Positions 1-10,938 are shown, counted from the stretch's first letter. The stretch: 64,000 bases of DNA from Porphyridium purpureum (GCA_008690995.1 VRMN01000001.1:1922001-1986000); one strand, 5' to 3'. Program-made: numbers and translations. The notes: generated from the sequence alone by a model not told the origin.

Positions 1-160
1 TAACTGTACCGCAAACTGATTCCTCTGTTGTGTACACTAACGTTCAGTTAGCGCGTGTACAGTGGCCAGAACACCCTCTTTGCGGCTGAGTCGCGGCGTT
101 GAACGCTGATGCGAAGCGGAGAGGTTGAGTGAACCGAGGAAAGAGCGCGTCATTTGCGGG

Positions 161-1141
161 ATGGATGGGCGAGAGCGCCCGGTAGAGGCCGGCCTCGATG
201 GAGCTGGAGCAGACGCAGTGCCTCTGCGTCTACGGAACGGGCCCGGGGACGGCTGGATGCGCGCCTTGTGGATCGGGATGGTGAGTGGTGGCGTCGCAGG
301 CACGTGCGTCGATCTGGCGCTGTTCCCACTGGATACCATCAAGACCCGCCTGCAGGCGTCACCCGCTGCCAGCGGCGTCGCTGCGGCAAGAAGTTCCACG
401 TGGCTCTTCGCTGGGCTGTATCGAGGCATCGGACCTGCGCTGGCCGCCTCAGCGCCATGTGGGGCCTTGTTTTTTGCCACTTATGATATTTCGAAGCACG
501 TGCTGTTCGCGAGCGACTGGTTCCGCGAACTCGAACGAGCGAGTGCCAAGAGCAACACCTCGTCGCATGTCAAGATCGCCACTCTCGGAATTCATATGAC
601 TGCGGCCATGTTAGGCGACGCCGTCTCTTCCGTGGTGCGCACGCCGTTCGAGGTCGTCAAGCAGCAAATGCAGGCGGCTCATGCTCCCTGCGGGGTGGTA
701 CCGTCTGCCTCGATGCTTGCCCAGAGCATGTGGCGCTCGAATATGCGAGGAAGCGCATTCTATGGAGCTTACTTGTCGCTGCTGTTCCGGGAACTTCCAT
801 TTGATCTTATCGAGTATCCGCTTTACGAGTACTTACGGAGCAAGGAAAGTGCCCAGGGCTCAGGCTCTGTGTGGTTCAAGGCTGGTTGTGGCGTGCTTGC
901 TGGAGGGATTGCCGCAAGCATCACAACTCCACTGGACGTGGCGAAGACACGTATTATGCTTCAGGACCAGCGGGCGCCAAGGTACACCGGTGTTGCGCAG
1001 GCTATCAATAAGATCTGGAAGGAAGAAGGCGCGAGCGCTCTTTATCGTGGTGTCGTGCCGAGAACGGCCTGGATTTCGCTCGGCGGTGGAATCTTTTTTG
1101 GGTTCTACGAAGCAACCAAGGCCCTCTTGCAACCGCAGTAG
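161..1141 (+). CDS. Mitochondrial carrier family protein, S-adenosylmethionine carrier-like (SLC25A26/SAM5 type)
   Basis: Three carrier signatures (PLDTIKTRLQ, PFEVVKQQMQ, PLDVAKTRIML), plus RELPF and WISLGGGIFFGFYE typical of SAM carriers. First ATG is at 161; the ORF is open from 125. Confidence 0.85.
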   Translation: MDGRERPVEAGLDGAGADAVPLRLRNGPGDGWMRALWIGMVSGGVAGTCVDLALFPLDTIKTRLQASPAASGVAAARSSTWLFAGLYRGIGPALAASAPCGALFFATYDISKHVLFASDWFRELERASAKSNTSSHVKIATLGIHMTAAMLGDAVSSVVRTPFEVVKQQMQAAHAPCGVVPSASMLAQSMWRSNMRGSAFYGAYLSLLFRELPFDLIEYPLYEYLRSKESAQGSGSVWFKAGCGVLAGGIAASITTPLDVAKTRIMLQDQRAPRYTGVAQAINKIWKEEGASALYRGVVPRTAWISLGGGIFFGFYEATKALLQPQ

Positions 1142-1545
1142 AGTGCGGACCGCATCGTTCAAACCCGAAAAGGCTCAACAGCGCGGCTGCAGATTATTCT
1201 CAAATGAACTGACTTTGACAGGCAGACCGAGAGACAAGATTCCGAAAAATGTGTCTCCAGGCACCTTTGGGGAGGAGTCATCTTGTCTCTGGTCGTCGAC
1301 AGTTTTCGCACGACAGAACCCATTCCTTTCCGATCTGGTCAAAGTGCGAACGCTGAGGGGATCGACACGATGCAGCAAACATTAGAATATGACCTCAAAA
1401 CGACGTCCGGCTAATGATTGGAATTAGTTAACTTTAGCTATCACTGACACGTCTCACCACAGGCTCAGCAGAGTTTTGGCAAACTTTCACGCGCACACGA
1501 ATCCTAGAATTAGTAGTATTTGTTTTGTACAACACACAATTTCAA

Positions 1546-3798
1546 CTAGAGCTTGGTAAGATCATCAGCATCCACCTCGCGCGACTGTCCCAACGCCGGC
1601 GTATTCATCGCGGTAATGTCGCAGTCTCTCGGCACCGTGAATGTCGTATCCACCACTAAGCCCATACTACTCTTGCCTGTACCTGTTTCTGCCAACGAGC
1701 GGGATGGCAATTGGACTGGCGTCTGCAAACCATCTGAACTCGTTCCGTTAGGTTGCGCTGCCGCGTCGTGCACGGCCACGCTTGCACTTGCCTCGGCTTT
1801 TGGTGATACTGCGGTGTCACTGCCCCAAAACCAGCTGGACAAATTCCCTAGCACATCAGAGATGGTATTCGCTTGCTCCTCACCCACCAGCGCACGGGCA
1901 TCTAAGTTCGAGAAAGTCTTGTAAAGGCGAAAGCCCATGTCTTCCAACGCGCTCTCGACGCGAAAGTCGTTACCAAGGGTGGATGCATCTACAGTACTAC
2001 CGGACGAACTCATCTGCTGCAGACTAAGAAACTCAACACCCGGAGGACCCTCAAAGCGCCTAGGAATATTCGATCTTAGCGTGCATGGCTCCTGCTGAAG
2101 CTTCTCGGCACGCACCCCGTAAATAAGAGGACATGCCCGTAGCCACTCGCGGGCATTTAGCGTGCTTCTTACCCAGGTCTGGGCAAAAACTAAGTTGTAT
2201 CTGTCAAATTCGTTCCCAAGTGTAATCACGTCGGGAGACGGCACAAAACTGTTTACACGAAGTAAATCAGTACCCGGTGGCCAAATCTGCCCAGCAACCG
2301 ACGCAACCGACCTGAGAAATGCACTCAAATAGAGCTGCACCCGATGGCGAAGGTGGTCATCCGAGCCAGAATACAAGACGGCGCCATTCGTGCGCTCCTT
2401 CACCTCGCCGTGCTTGGCCAAAATAACAAGCTCCTTCATAAATACCATCTCCTCCCGACTCAGCAAGGCCAGCTTCTTGACGTCATCACTTCTGTACAGG
2501 ATCGAGCCCGTGTTAAGATCGACCAATGCGTCTATCTCTGGCATTTCTGAACTTGAGGAGGTTGGTTTCGATCCGCGCACGTCCTTGTTTGAAGCGCGTG
2601 CTCCACGCGCTGATGACATGTTTGAGCTTCTCTTTTTGTGCAGCTCCACATTCGAAGACAGTAACGTGCCCACATTTTTAGAGCTGCCAATCAGGCAGCC
2701 ACGGCGCTGCTGCGTGTTGCCCCGTAAAAGATCCATGAGAAGCGGAAGAGGCGCATACGGTTGAAAGTCGCATAGAGCGTCTTCGCCAAACAGCTGAAGC
2801 GGAAAGCCAAGTTCGGTTCCACGGACAATGTCGTCGTCCAAAGGAGCGAGACCTGGTGCCAACGAGTCCAATGCACCAGGAAGCAAAGATACGAATGATA
2901 AGACGGCCTTACAAGCATCAAAAATAGGCTGGGAGTAAATGATAACTCGCTTTTCAAGCAGAATCAACTTGAGAACGCTCAGTACGTCGGCACCGAGTCG
3001 CAAAAATAGTGCGCGCAAGTCGAGGCCATGGTACAACGTGCTTGGCGTGCGCATGCTTGGACGAGTAAAACTCGTGTTCAAGCCGTGGTAGAGTGAAGCC
3101 AAGAGGTCCGTGCGAGCAAAGTCCTTTTGGTCAAAGTACGCCCGTACGCCCAGAATCAACCGCTCGCCAAGTACACCAAACAGTGGACGTCTACAGAGAA
3201 GCACGACGCTTTTCTGTATTGATCCGCGCGCGGCGACTTCGCTGTCTTGCTGGAAGGAAGCGGACAGCGTCTTGACACTCGCGGCGTCAACTTGACGGAA
3301 ACAAGCGACGCAGTGCACGTAAGGCGGAAGCGTAAAGTATACCGTATCGTTTTCAGAGTCATGAACGCCGTCCGGTAATGCAAGAATCGGCAGGTATGCC
3401 CACGCTCGCGGAAGAATCCCCCAGTCCTGCGATGACTTTGGGAAGGAACCTTTTACGCCCGGTGATTTGCGAGCGGTTTGCAATGCCTGTGCCGTTCCTG
3501 AGCCTCGCTGCATTCGTACTTCTGTGTCCTTTTCTTGGGCAGTTTCGCCTTGTTTCGCACTTTCCACTTGGTCAAAATGGTTCGCGGATGATTCAGCTAC
3601 AGACGGAGGCAGGAAAGGCGCGGGCGATGGCATTGTATCTGTGTCCCGCGCAATATCTGCAGTGTCGGAAATCTTTGGGGAGCGCATATTTACGGAGCCG
3701 CGAAGAGGCGGGTACGAGAACTCGATCTTGGCACCTTGTGTGGCATGAAAACCCACTACGACCACATGCTGGACGAGGTGCTCCACGGGCGTCGCCAT
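1546..3798 (-). CDS. AVL9: AVL9/DENN-family late secretory pathway protein
   Basis: VVVVGFHATQGAKIEFSYP, LPILALPDGVHDSENDTVYFTLP, IQKSVVLL, YFDQKDF and LKLILLEKRVIIY match AVL9 motifs. First ATG is at 3798. Confidence 0.85.
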   Translation of the reverse strand: MATPVEHLVQHVVVVGFHATQGAKIEFSYPPLRGSVNMRSPKISDTADIARDTDTMPSPAPFLPPSVAESSANHFDQVESAKQGETAQEKDTEVRMQRGSGTAQALQTARKSPGVKGSFPKSSQDWGILPRAWAYLPILALPDGVHDSENDTVYFTLPPYVHCVACFRQVDAASVKTLSASFQQDSEVAARGSIQKSVVLLCRRPLFGVLGERLILGVRAYFDQKDFARTDLLASLYHGLNTSFTRPSMRTPSTLYHGLDLRALFLRLGADVLSVLKLILLEKRVIIYSQPIFDACKAVLSFVSLLPGALDSLAPGLAPLDDDIVRGTELGFPLQLFGEDALCDFQPYAPLPLLMDLLRGNTQQRRGCLIGSSKNVGTLLSSNVELHKKRSSNMSSARGARASNKDVRGSKPTSSSSEMPEIDALVDLNTGSILYRSDDVKKLALLSREEMVFMKELVILAKHGEVKERTNGAVLYSGSDDHLRHRVQLYLSAFLRSVASVAGQIWPPGTDLLRVNSFVPSPDVITLGNEFDRYNLVFAQTWVRSTLNAREWLRACPLIYGVRAEKLQQEPCTLRSNIPRRFEGPPGVEFLSLQQMSSSGSTVDASTLGNDFRVESALEDMGFRLYKTFSNLDARALVGEEQANTISDVLGNLSSWFWGSDTAVSPKAEASASVAVHDAAAQPNGTSSDGLQTPVQLPSRSLAETGTGKSSMGLVVDTTFTVPRDCDITAMNTPALGQSREVDADDLTKL

Positions 3799-4317
3799 TG
3801 CGCGTGCGACAGCGTAACCCACGCTCTCCGCCTGTCCTGTCCCCCACACGCAGGTATCAAACCCCGACGCTGTGCCGCGGCAATTACTCGTCCGGCTGCA
3901 AGAGAATAAGGGCCGCCAAACCCGACTGCCACGGAGGTGCGGACGCGGCGCCGCGATTCTCCCGTACGGTCAACACAACCGCAACACCAACACACGACAC
4001 ACGTTCATCGGTCGCCGCCACAATCGATAAAACCAAACGCGGACTCGGCCTGCAGTAAAAAGAGCAGGCGCTGCGGTACACCGGCGGAAACTTCTTAGCA
4101 ATGGACGAAGATTTTGTAGGGTACAGTTCACGCAGGTGCGTGCGAGTTTTGGGGAGGAGGGGGGAGGAGGCGGGAGGCGTGCATGGCTTCGCGTCTGCAC
4201 AGAGCCTTCAGCATCGTTATCCGATTCCGTGCTTAACAACTCAATAATTACTACGTTTTACAAGCAAATGAACATTGGCGCAAAACACAAAGACCCGTAT
4301 AAGCAAAAAAGAATGGC

Positions 4318-6993
4318 CTAAAACGTGCCGTAGTTATCCTTCGCGTGACCGACCTTGTCCAAGTTCGGCAGGCACGCAAAGTTGATCATGGGCGGCGGTC
4401 CGCACATGCCAATGTACACGTCGCCGCCGGCAGGTGCGGGCAGGTGTTCGCGGATCATGTCCTCGTTGATGAAGCCCACGCCTTGGTCCCACGACTCGCC
4501 TTCCGGCACCGCAGCCACTGTGTGGTACAGGTGAAAGTTCGCGTGCTCCCTGGCCCACGCGTCCAACTCCTCCTTCAGCAGAATGTCGCTTGGCGAGTTG
4601 TTTGCGTACAGAAGGTACACCTCGGTCGCGTCCGACTTGTCCTTCAGGATCTGCTGAATAATCTGGAACGCCGGCGTGATGCCAGTGCCGCCGCAGATGA
4701 ACCCGAGCTGCTTTACCTGCCGCTTGGTGCCGTGAATGATCATGTTGCCATGGCGCTTGTACTCCACGTGGCCAATCGGGCCCTTCACATCAATCGAGTC
4801 TCCCACCTTGAGCGAGTTCAGGTACTGCGAGAACACGCCACCGTCCGGGAACTTGGGGTGCTCGTTCGCAAAGTACACCTTGATCACCAGATCGAAGAAT
4901 CCAACCATGTCGTTCGACGACGCCGGCGTGTACGCGCGCATCACCAGCTTGCCGTCAATCTTGGCGCTCAGCAGCATGTGGAACCCAACGGGCAGCCCCA
5001 GCACGTGGTCCTTGGTCGGCAGCGCAAAGCGCAGGCGCCGCGTGTTGTACGTCAGCGTCTCCACAGATGCCAACTTGACTGCCACCTTCTTCTTCGGGTC
5101 GAGCGCAATCAGCACGTCCGCCTCATCTACGCTATCGGCCGCAGAGTCGTCCGCGCCCTCGTCCGTGTCCAGCTCGCCAATGTAGTAGTCCCTCAGCATC
5201 TCCTGCGCCTTGGATGAGTGAATCGCGTCAAACTCCTCGGTCGAGTCGTCGCCGGCGTTCATCACAATCGACGAGCCGCCGCCCGGATGGTCCGCCAGGA
5301 ACGGCGTGCAGTCGTACACCTTGTCGTGCACCACAATCCACGCCGACTCTTCGTTGTTGTGCTTGCGGATCTCGGCCCACTTGAAGTACGTCTTGGACGC
5401 GTCCTTGCTGGCGCGCGCCGCCTTGCGCGCCGCCTCCCGCTGCTCGGCGATCAGCTTGGCCGCCGCCTCCAGCTCCTCCGAGTCCAGCGGGTTCATCCAC
5501 CCGCCCTTGGCCGGCCCGGCCACCGTCGGGTGCTCGAAGCGCAGGCTAAAGCCGCCCTTGCTGCGCTCCGGGTGGATCTTCACGCGGAAGTGCGGGTTGT
5601 TGCCCATGCCCATCAGGTTCCATGTCAGCGCCGCGGGCTGCGTGTTGTTCGACTCGTCCCACGCGCGGCACATGATCTCGCCCGTGTCGATCGCGCTCTC
5701 CAGGAACCGGAACGTGTCCACCTCCATCGTCCAGAACACCCAGCAGTAGTACCGCCCAAACTTCGTCGAGTGGCTGAATTTCTCTTCTGGCCGCTGCACC
5801 GCCGCCAGCTCCCACGTCTTCCCGCCGTTCAGCGACACTTCCACGCGCGTGATCTTGCGTCCGCCGCCAGAGTAAGCGTACCCGCGCATCGTGTACTTTT
5901 TGCTGCCGGCGCTCAGGTCCAGCCGCTCGTCGTGGTTCGGCGAGCCAATCGCCGAGTTGATGTTCAGCTCGTTGAACAGGTAGTCCGGCCGCCTCCACCA
6001 GCCTTCCTGCTCCGCCAGCTCGGCCGTCACGTGCGGCGGCATGATCCGGTTGTCAAAAAAGTGGTAGTAGTTGTCCGACGGCTCCTCCGTGACCGTGATC
6101 TCCTTGAGCCACTTCACCATGCGCCCGCCAATCCACCCGGGAATTATCACGCGCACGGGGAAGCCGTGGTCGGGCGTCAGCCGCATCCCGTTGTTCTCAT
6201 ACGCAATCAGCACCTCCCCAAACACGTCCAGGGCCAGCGAGATCGGGATCGACGTCCCGTACTTGCCCTTGGGCAGGTCCTCGGCACCCACAAAGCACAC
6301 GTGCTTGCCCTTGCTCAGGTCCACGTCCGCGGCCAGCAGCAGGTCGCGCAGCCGCACCCCCGTCCACATGTGCGTGCCCACGGCGCACGGACCCCAGCTG
6401 AACCCAATCGTCTGCTTGGTCATGTTCTGCTCCTTGCGGCGGTTCCCGGCGCAAACCAGCGTCACGGGGAGCGACACAGACGGCATCGCCGCCAGCTGGT
6501 CCATCGACAGCGTCATCGGCTTACCCACGAGCCCGCCAATCGTCAGCTCGTGCGTCTCCCAGCTGATGTCCTTCATCGCGTACCCGTGGTTGCGGATGTA
6601 GTGAATCGACGGCGGCGTGAAGAAGCCCTGGTCCAGCAGCAGCCCAATCTCCGGCTCGCAGTTGAACGGGTGCTTGCCTGTCAGGCGAATCAGCTCCTTG
6701 GAGCGCGGCACCCACGCGTCTGGCGTGCTCTTGTCCACGTCCAGTGCCTCTGTCTCCACGTGCTGCGGCCCGAGGCCGCCGGGCCTGTAGTCCGAGTCGA
6801 GCGCCGCGAGCACGTTCTCGCGCGTCGCGTCGGCGTCGCCGGCCACGGTGTACAAGTCGGCCGGCTGAAGCACGGGCTCAATGCACGCGCTCGCGTCGAG
6901 CCTGCCCGCGCCCGCCTGCGCGACCTTTTCGTCTGTCAGCGAGTCCATCGAGCCGGTGCGCCCGGCGCTGAGCGGAATCGTCTGTGTTGCCAT
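4318..6993 (-). CDS. NIA: Assimilatory NAD(P)H nitrate reductase, copy 1
   Basis: Moco domain (LIRLTGKHPFNCEP, CAGNRRKEQN, GGRMVKWL), dimer domain (WNLMGMGNN), cytochrome b5 (HPGG), FAD (RAYTP) and NADH (GGTGITP, CGPPPMI) motifs. First ATG is at 6993; no introns. Confidence 0.97.
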   Translation of the reverse strand: MATQTIPLSAGRTGSMDSLTDEKVAQAGAGRLDASACIEPVLQPADLYTVAGDADATRENVLAALDSDYRPGGLGPQHVETEALDVDKSTPDAWVPRSKELIRLTGKHPFNCEPEIGLLLDQGFFTPPSIHYIRNHGYAMKDISWETHELTIGGLVGKPMTLSMDQLAAMPSVSLPVTLVCAGNRRKEQNMTKQTIGFSWGPCAVGTHMWTGVRLRDLLLAADVDLSKGKHVCFVGAEDLPKGKYGTSIPISLALDVFGEVLIAYENNGMRLTPDHGFPVRVIIPGWIGGRMVKWLKEITVTEEPSDNYYHFFDNRIMPPHVTAELAEQEGWWRRPDYLFNELNINSAIGSPNHDERLDLSAGSKKYTMRGYAYSGGGRKITRVEVSLNGGKTWELAAVQRPEEKFSHSTKFGRYYCWVFWTMEVDTFRFLESAIDTGEIMCRAWDESNNTQPAALTWNLMGMGNNPHFRVKIHPERSKGGFSLRFEHPTVAGPAKGGWMNPLDSEELEAAAKLIAEQREAARKAARASKDASKTYFKWAEIRKHNNEESAWIVVHDKVYDCTPFLADHPGGGSSIVMNAGDDSTEEFDAIHSSKAQEMLRDYYIGELDTDEGADDSAADSVDEADVLIALDPKKKVAVKLASVETLTYNTRRLRFALPTKDHVLGLPVGFHMLLSAKIDGKLVMRAYTPASSNDMVGFFDLVIKVYFANEHPKFPDGGVFSQYLNSLKVGDSIDVKGPIGHVEYKRHGNMIIHGTKRQVKQLGFICGGTGITPAFQIIQQILKDKSDATEVYLLYANNSPSDILLKEELDAWAREHANFHLYHTVAAVPEGESWDQGVGFINEDMIREHLPAPAGGDVYIGMCGPPPMINFACLPNLDKVGHAKDNYGTF

Positions 6994-8042
6994 GGCCAGT
7001 TGCTGTTGCCTGCTCAACCTGTACGTGCGCGGGCTGAGAAATTACTCGGTGATTCGCCGTGCGACAGGAGGTCGTCAGCTTGCCCGTGTCGACAGCAAGT
7101 CCCAGCCCGGAACCGACTGCGTATTTATCCTCGCCCAAAGGCGCAAGCTCCGCGAGATGGGCGGGGCGCAGGCGCTGCGACAGAGTCTGTCTTCCGTTCC
7201 CCGCGAGTCGCGCAGCGCTGTGCCCACCTGGTGTCCCTGCCGGCAATCTCGAGCCAAACGTGCGCTAGGGCCTTGTGCCCGCGCGTGGCTCGAAGCGTTC
7301 GCGCGTGTCGCGGCGTTACTCACATGCGCAGCAGCGCGTGCGGTCGCGCGTGCGCGCGATTTTCTTGCCGCAGCGCCATCCCGCGAGCGCGTGGCTATGC
7401 CGAACGCACGTGTAGCCCTCATCGGCATCCCGCGAGTGCGCGCATCGCGCGAGAACCGGTAGCGCCACAGCGGAGCCGTGGCTGTACACGCACCCCGCAC
7501 GCGCGCGGTACAGCGCTGTGTACAGTGACGCGCAGAAGGTTCTCCCGCGATGCTCGGGCTTGCGGGGTGCCGATTGTCATGAACGTGCGGCGCGCGTGGT
7601 GCTGACGCGTGCGGGCTGGCGGGCTGATAGCCGATTGCGCTGCATCCGCAGCAGCCCGTTCGCGCTCCCACCACGCACCGCGCTCGCGCGAAGCGAAGTG
7701 GTGCAGGCTGCGCGAGGCAATTTTGACGCTCTGCGCTCGAGACAGGTTGGTCCGACAGAGGCAGGGAGGCACGAACGACGAACGACGTCGCGCGAAGTGA
7801 AGCATTACGCGCGGTTGGCTGTCGTGCGACTCATTTTGGAGTGGTATGAACGGGACGATTGGCGCAGCGCGCTCTGTCGTCTATTTAAAGCGCCTGCTGG
7901 TCTGGGCAGAGTAGGGATGATCAGGCGGGACGCAGGGGTGGAGCAAGCCAGGGAAAAGGGCAAACTGCGGTAAGGGAACAGTAGCACGCAGCAGGGAGCA
8001 CTTGAGGCAGAAGATCCAGTCTTGATTGTATCTTTCTCCAGG
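6994..8042. promoter_or_regulatory. Bidirectional NR/NRT2 promoter and 5'UTR region
   Basis: ~1 kb GC/CpG-rich gap between divergent starts; TATTTAAA at 7882-7889 before NRT2; GTACAG motifs at 7508 and 7520. Confidence 0.7.
7970..8041 (+). other. Putative 72-nt spliceosomal intron at the NRT2 5' end (mirrored at 21944-22015)
   Basis: GTAAGG donor, TTGAT branch-like site and pyrimidine tract TCTTTCTCCAG acceptor. Splicing joins ATG 7917 in frame to ATG 8043. Confidence 0.6.
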
Positions 8043-9602
8043 ATGGCAGACACGCAGACTGAATCAGCACCGACCGTCACGATGGCGTCGGACGTGGACG
8101 TGAATGAGCGCGTGGGCAGCGCCGGGGCCTTCGTGGACGACGAAAGGTACGGCCCGCAGCCCATTGACCCAGAGACCGGCGAGAGGCTGTTCCGCCTGCC
8201 GGTAGACGAGAAGCATCGCGCTATGAAGCTGGAGCCGTGGCGCTTTGACAAGCCGCACATGCGCGCGTTCTTCTTCGCGTGGTCGACATTCTTCACGGCT
8301 TTCTTCGGCTGGTTCGCGGTGTCACCGCTGATGACGACGATCCGCCAGTCCACAGAGTTGGGACTTTGGAACACTGAGACGAACACGCCCAACAAGACGG
8401 CGATTGGAAACTCGAACGTGATTGCGGTGTCAGGCACGGTGCTGATGCGCCTGATCATCGGGCCGAGCTGCGACCGGTTTGGGTCGCGCGTTCCGTTCGC
8501 GGTGCTAATGACGGTCTTTTCGCTCCCCGTGTACCTGATTGGCACTGCGTTCAACTATGCGTCGTTCTGCACAGCGCGCTTCTTCATTGGCTTCCTGGGT
8601 GGGACGTTTGTGATCACGCAGTTCTGGACGACGCAGATGTTTTCGCCGGTGATCGTGGGCACGGCGAACGCGACGTCTGCTGGATGGGGCAACCTGGGCG
8701 GTGGCGTGACCAACGCGCTGATGCCGCAGTTCTTCAACTTGATGAAGGCGTTTGGCCTCAATGACGACAAGGCGTGGCGCGTGGTGATGGTCATCCCAGG
8801 CACGATGTGCGTGGCAATCGGCATATGCCTGTACTTCTTCTCACAGGACCTGCCGGATGGCCAGTATAAGGACCTGCACGCGTCTGGCGCGCTGCAGAAG
8901 ACGGACGCGCTCAAGTCGATGAAGCGCGCGTCGCTGAACGTGCGCTCGTGGATCCTATTTGCGCTGTACGCCGGGTGCTTTGGTGTGGAGCTGATCATGA
9001 ATGCCAATCTGTCGTCGTATTTCCAGGACGAGTTTGGCGTTGACCAGGGCCTGGCCGGCGTGATTGCCTCGCTATTTGGTCTGATGAACCTATTTGCGCG
9101 CTCGCTGGGCGGCATCAGCTCTGACTTTCTGAGCCGGCGCTTCGGCATGAAGGGGCGCCTAATTGTGTTATTCCTGACCGAGCTGATCCAGGGCCTGTTC
9201 CTGATTGGGTTCTCGCGCGTGACTTCTTTGGGCGCGGCCATCCCGCTGCTGGTTCTGTTCTCGTCGTGTGTGCAGATGGCTGAGGGTGCGACGTTTGGCG
9301 TGGTGCCATACGTGGACCCGACATGCACAGGCGCGATCTCAGGCATCGTTGGCGCCGGCGGAAACGTGGGTGCTGTGACGCTGGGCCTTCTGTTCTCGTA
9401 CGGCCCAGAAAAGAAGCCCGACGCCATGCTGATCCTGGGCTGCATTGTGTGCGGCATTGCGTGCCTTGTGATCCCGCTGGGCGTCGGCCCGCTCAAGGTG
9501 GTTGATACTCAGACCGCGGCGGTGCCTGCCAAGACCATCGACGACGAGCTCATCAATGGCGAGCGCGCAATGTCGACCAGCTCGGTGTCCGACGAGCAAT
9601 AA
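8043..9602 (+). CDS. NRT2: High-affinity nitrate transporter (NRT2/NNP family, MFS), copy 1
   Basis: PHMRAFFFAW, NNP signature ANATSAGWGNLGGG, CFGVEL, MNLFARSLGG, ISGIVGAGGNVG; multiple transmembrane stretches. Confidence 0.96.
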   Translation: MADTQTESAPTVTMASDVDVNERVGSAGAFVDDERYGPQPIDPETGERLFRLPVDEKHRAMKLEPWRFDKPHMRAFFFAWSTFFTAFFGWFAVSPLMTTIRQSTELGLWNTETNTPNKTAIGNSNVIAVSGTVLMRLIIGPSCDRFGSRVPFAVLMTVFSLPVYLIGTAFNYASFCTARFFIGFLGGTFVITQFWTTQMFSPVIVGTANATSAGWGNLGGGVTNALMPQFFNLMKAFGLNDDKAWRVVMVIPGTMCVAIGICLYFFSQDLPDGQYKDLHASGALQKTDALKSMKRASLNVRSWILFALYAGCFGVELIMNANLSSYFQDEFGVDQGLAGVIASLFGLMNLFARSLGGISSDFLSRRFGMKGRLIVLFLTELIQGLFLIGFSRVTSLGAAIPLLVLFSSCVQMAEGATFGVVPYVDPTCTGAISGIVGAGGNVGAVTLGLLFSYGPEKKPDAMLILGCIVCGIACLVIPLGVGPLKVVDTQTAAVPAKTIDDELINGERAMSTSSVSDEQ

Positions 9603-10938
9603 GATATTTTGTGATATCTTCTTCATTCTCTGCCGTTGTCTTTTGTGTACATTAAACGGGGATTTGAGTAAGCGAAAGACGATTATCTTCCACAGCTAGA
9701 TACACGCACACGACGCTTGCACGAGCCAAGAGGTCAGGATGCAGGTTTGCACACTCAGATCTTCCCCTGCCGTCTACAGTGCGAGACATTGACGCTCAAC
9801 GGTGAACTCGATGCACACGACACGTTGTAAATTTTTTGCTTCTATCAGACTGCCTATCCGAATAGCACGGATTTGGCGACTTTTCGGTGAAAGTCCCTCG
9901 AGCTACGCGAGATCTTGACTCTGGAACACGTGATGAAATGTATGCGCGTGTGAGCCGGCTGATCCATCAGAGCTGGCTCATTCGGGCCGCAGGAGTTTTC
10001 CTGGCGCACTGCCAAATAGCATGCTCTCAGCCTGATGGTGAGCAATTTCCCCAAGCATGCTTAACCTGTCAGTTGGCATCACCACAACTACCTCATGGAG
10101 TCTGATCTAACCGACCAAGCGTGCGGGACTGTCCTCAAAATATTGACACACCGGGCCGATCGCTCAGTGTGTTGTGCAACAGAGTCGCTTTGCGAGCAGG
10201 GGTTGGTTTGCGTGCTCGGCCTGGAATCCGCTTGTAAAGTGGTGAGTTGCACAAGTGCACAAGCACGCACGCTTCAGTACACGATGGGAATCGTTATCAT
10301 GACGACGCAAATCGATCCTAGAAATTCCGTTGAAAGGGACCCGGCATACGCGGACTCGAAGCTGACACTGTTTTGCGCCACCACAGACTGTAGAACCAAT
10401 CTGACGCGTGTCGCTAGGCACTAGAACAAGCAAGCGAAAAAAGGACCAGCTGAACAACACGTGCGACCAGAGGCATAGCTCTCGACGAGACGGCATATGA
10501 GGGCGACATATCCGCCTCATGCTTCAAGGTAAAACGGCTGCAGACAGCAAGAAAAAGAACGTCGAGGCTCTGGGTTTTCGTCTGAGGCTCTTCTGGTGGT
10601 GCGGAAGCAACCATCATGTCATTCTTGCCTTCGCGCATCAGTCTTTTGCATCTAGGTCTTGTCGAGCGTCTTTTCCCGCATTTCGTCCGAGTCCATCTCT
10701 GTGTTTCATGTTTGAGGCCCGCACGCTGCGTAACTCATTTTGCCCGCCCGACGCACCGTTCCAGCTTCGCGGCGATCACCGACGGTCGATCCCGCGGAGC
10801 CCCTGCCGAAGGTGTGGGCTGCTCGTTCCGTGAGCCACTGCGAAAAGTGCACTGTACCCGCTGCGTCCTCATTGCACTTCCCCGGAACCCGATATGTCGA
10901 TCTTCATCTCAAAAGGTCTCGATCGCGGGGACGGAGAG

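Larger units (their letters stand above)
4318..9602. repeat. Left arm of a 5.3 kb inverted duplication (NR + shared promoter + NRT2)
   Basis: Reverse complement of 20383-25667; paired ORF boundaries sum to 29985 (4318+25667, 7017+22968, 8022+21963, 9602+20383). Confidence 0.97.

Noticed and set aside
5218..7605. 795-aa antisense ORF (and its mirror 22380-24767), plus similar long shadow ORFs over NRT2
   Set aside because: Antisense shadows of GC3-rich genes; Arg/Val/His-rich with no recognisable motifs.
10164..10638. Possible F-box-like remnant (SLDVLFLAVCSRFTL / RRELCLWSHV) in overlapping minus-strand ORFs
   Set aside because: The resemblance is weak and needs a frameshift; not supportable without an HMM search.
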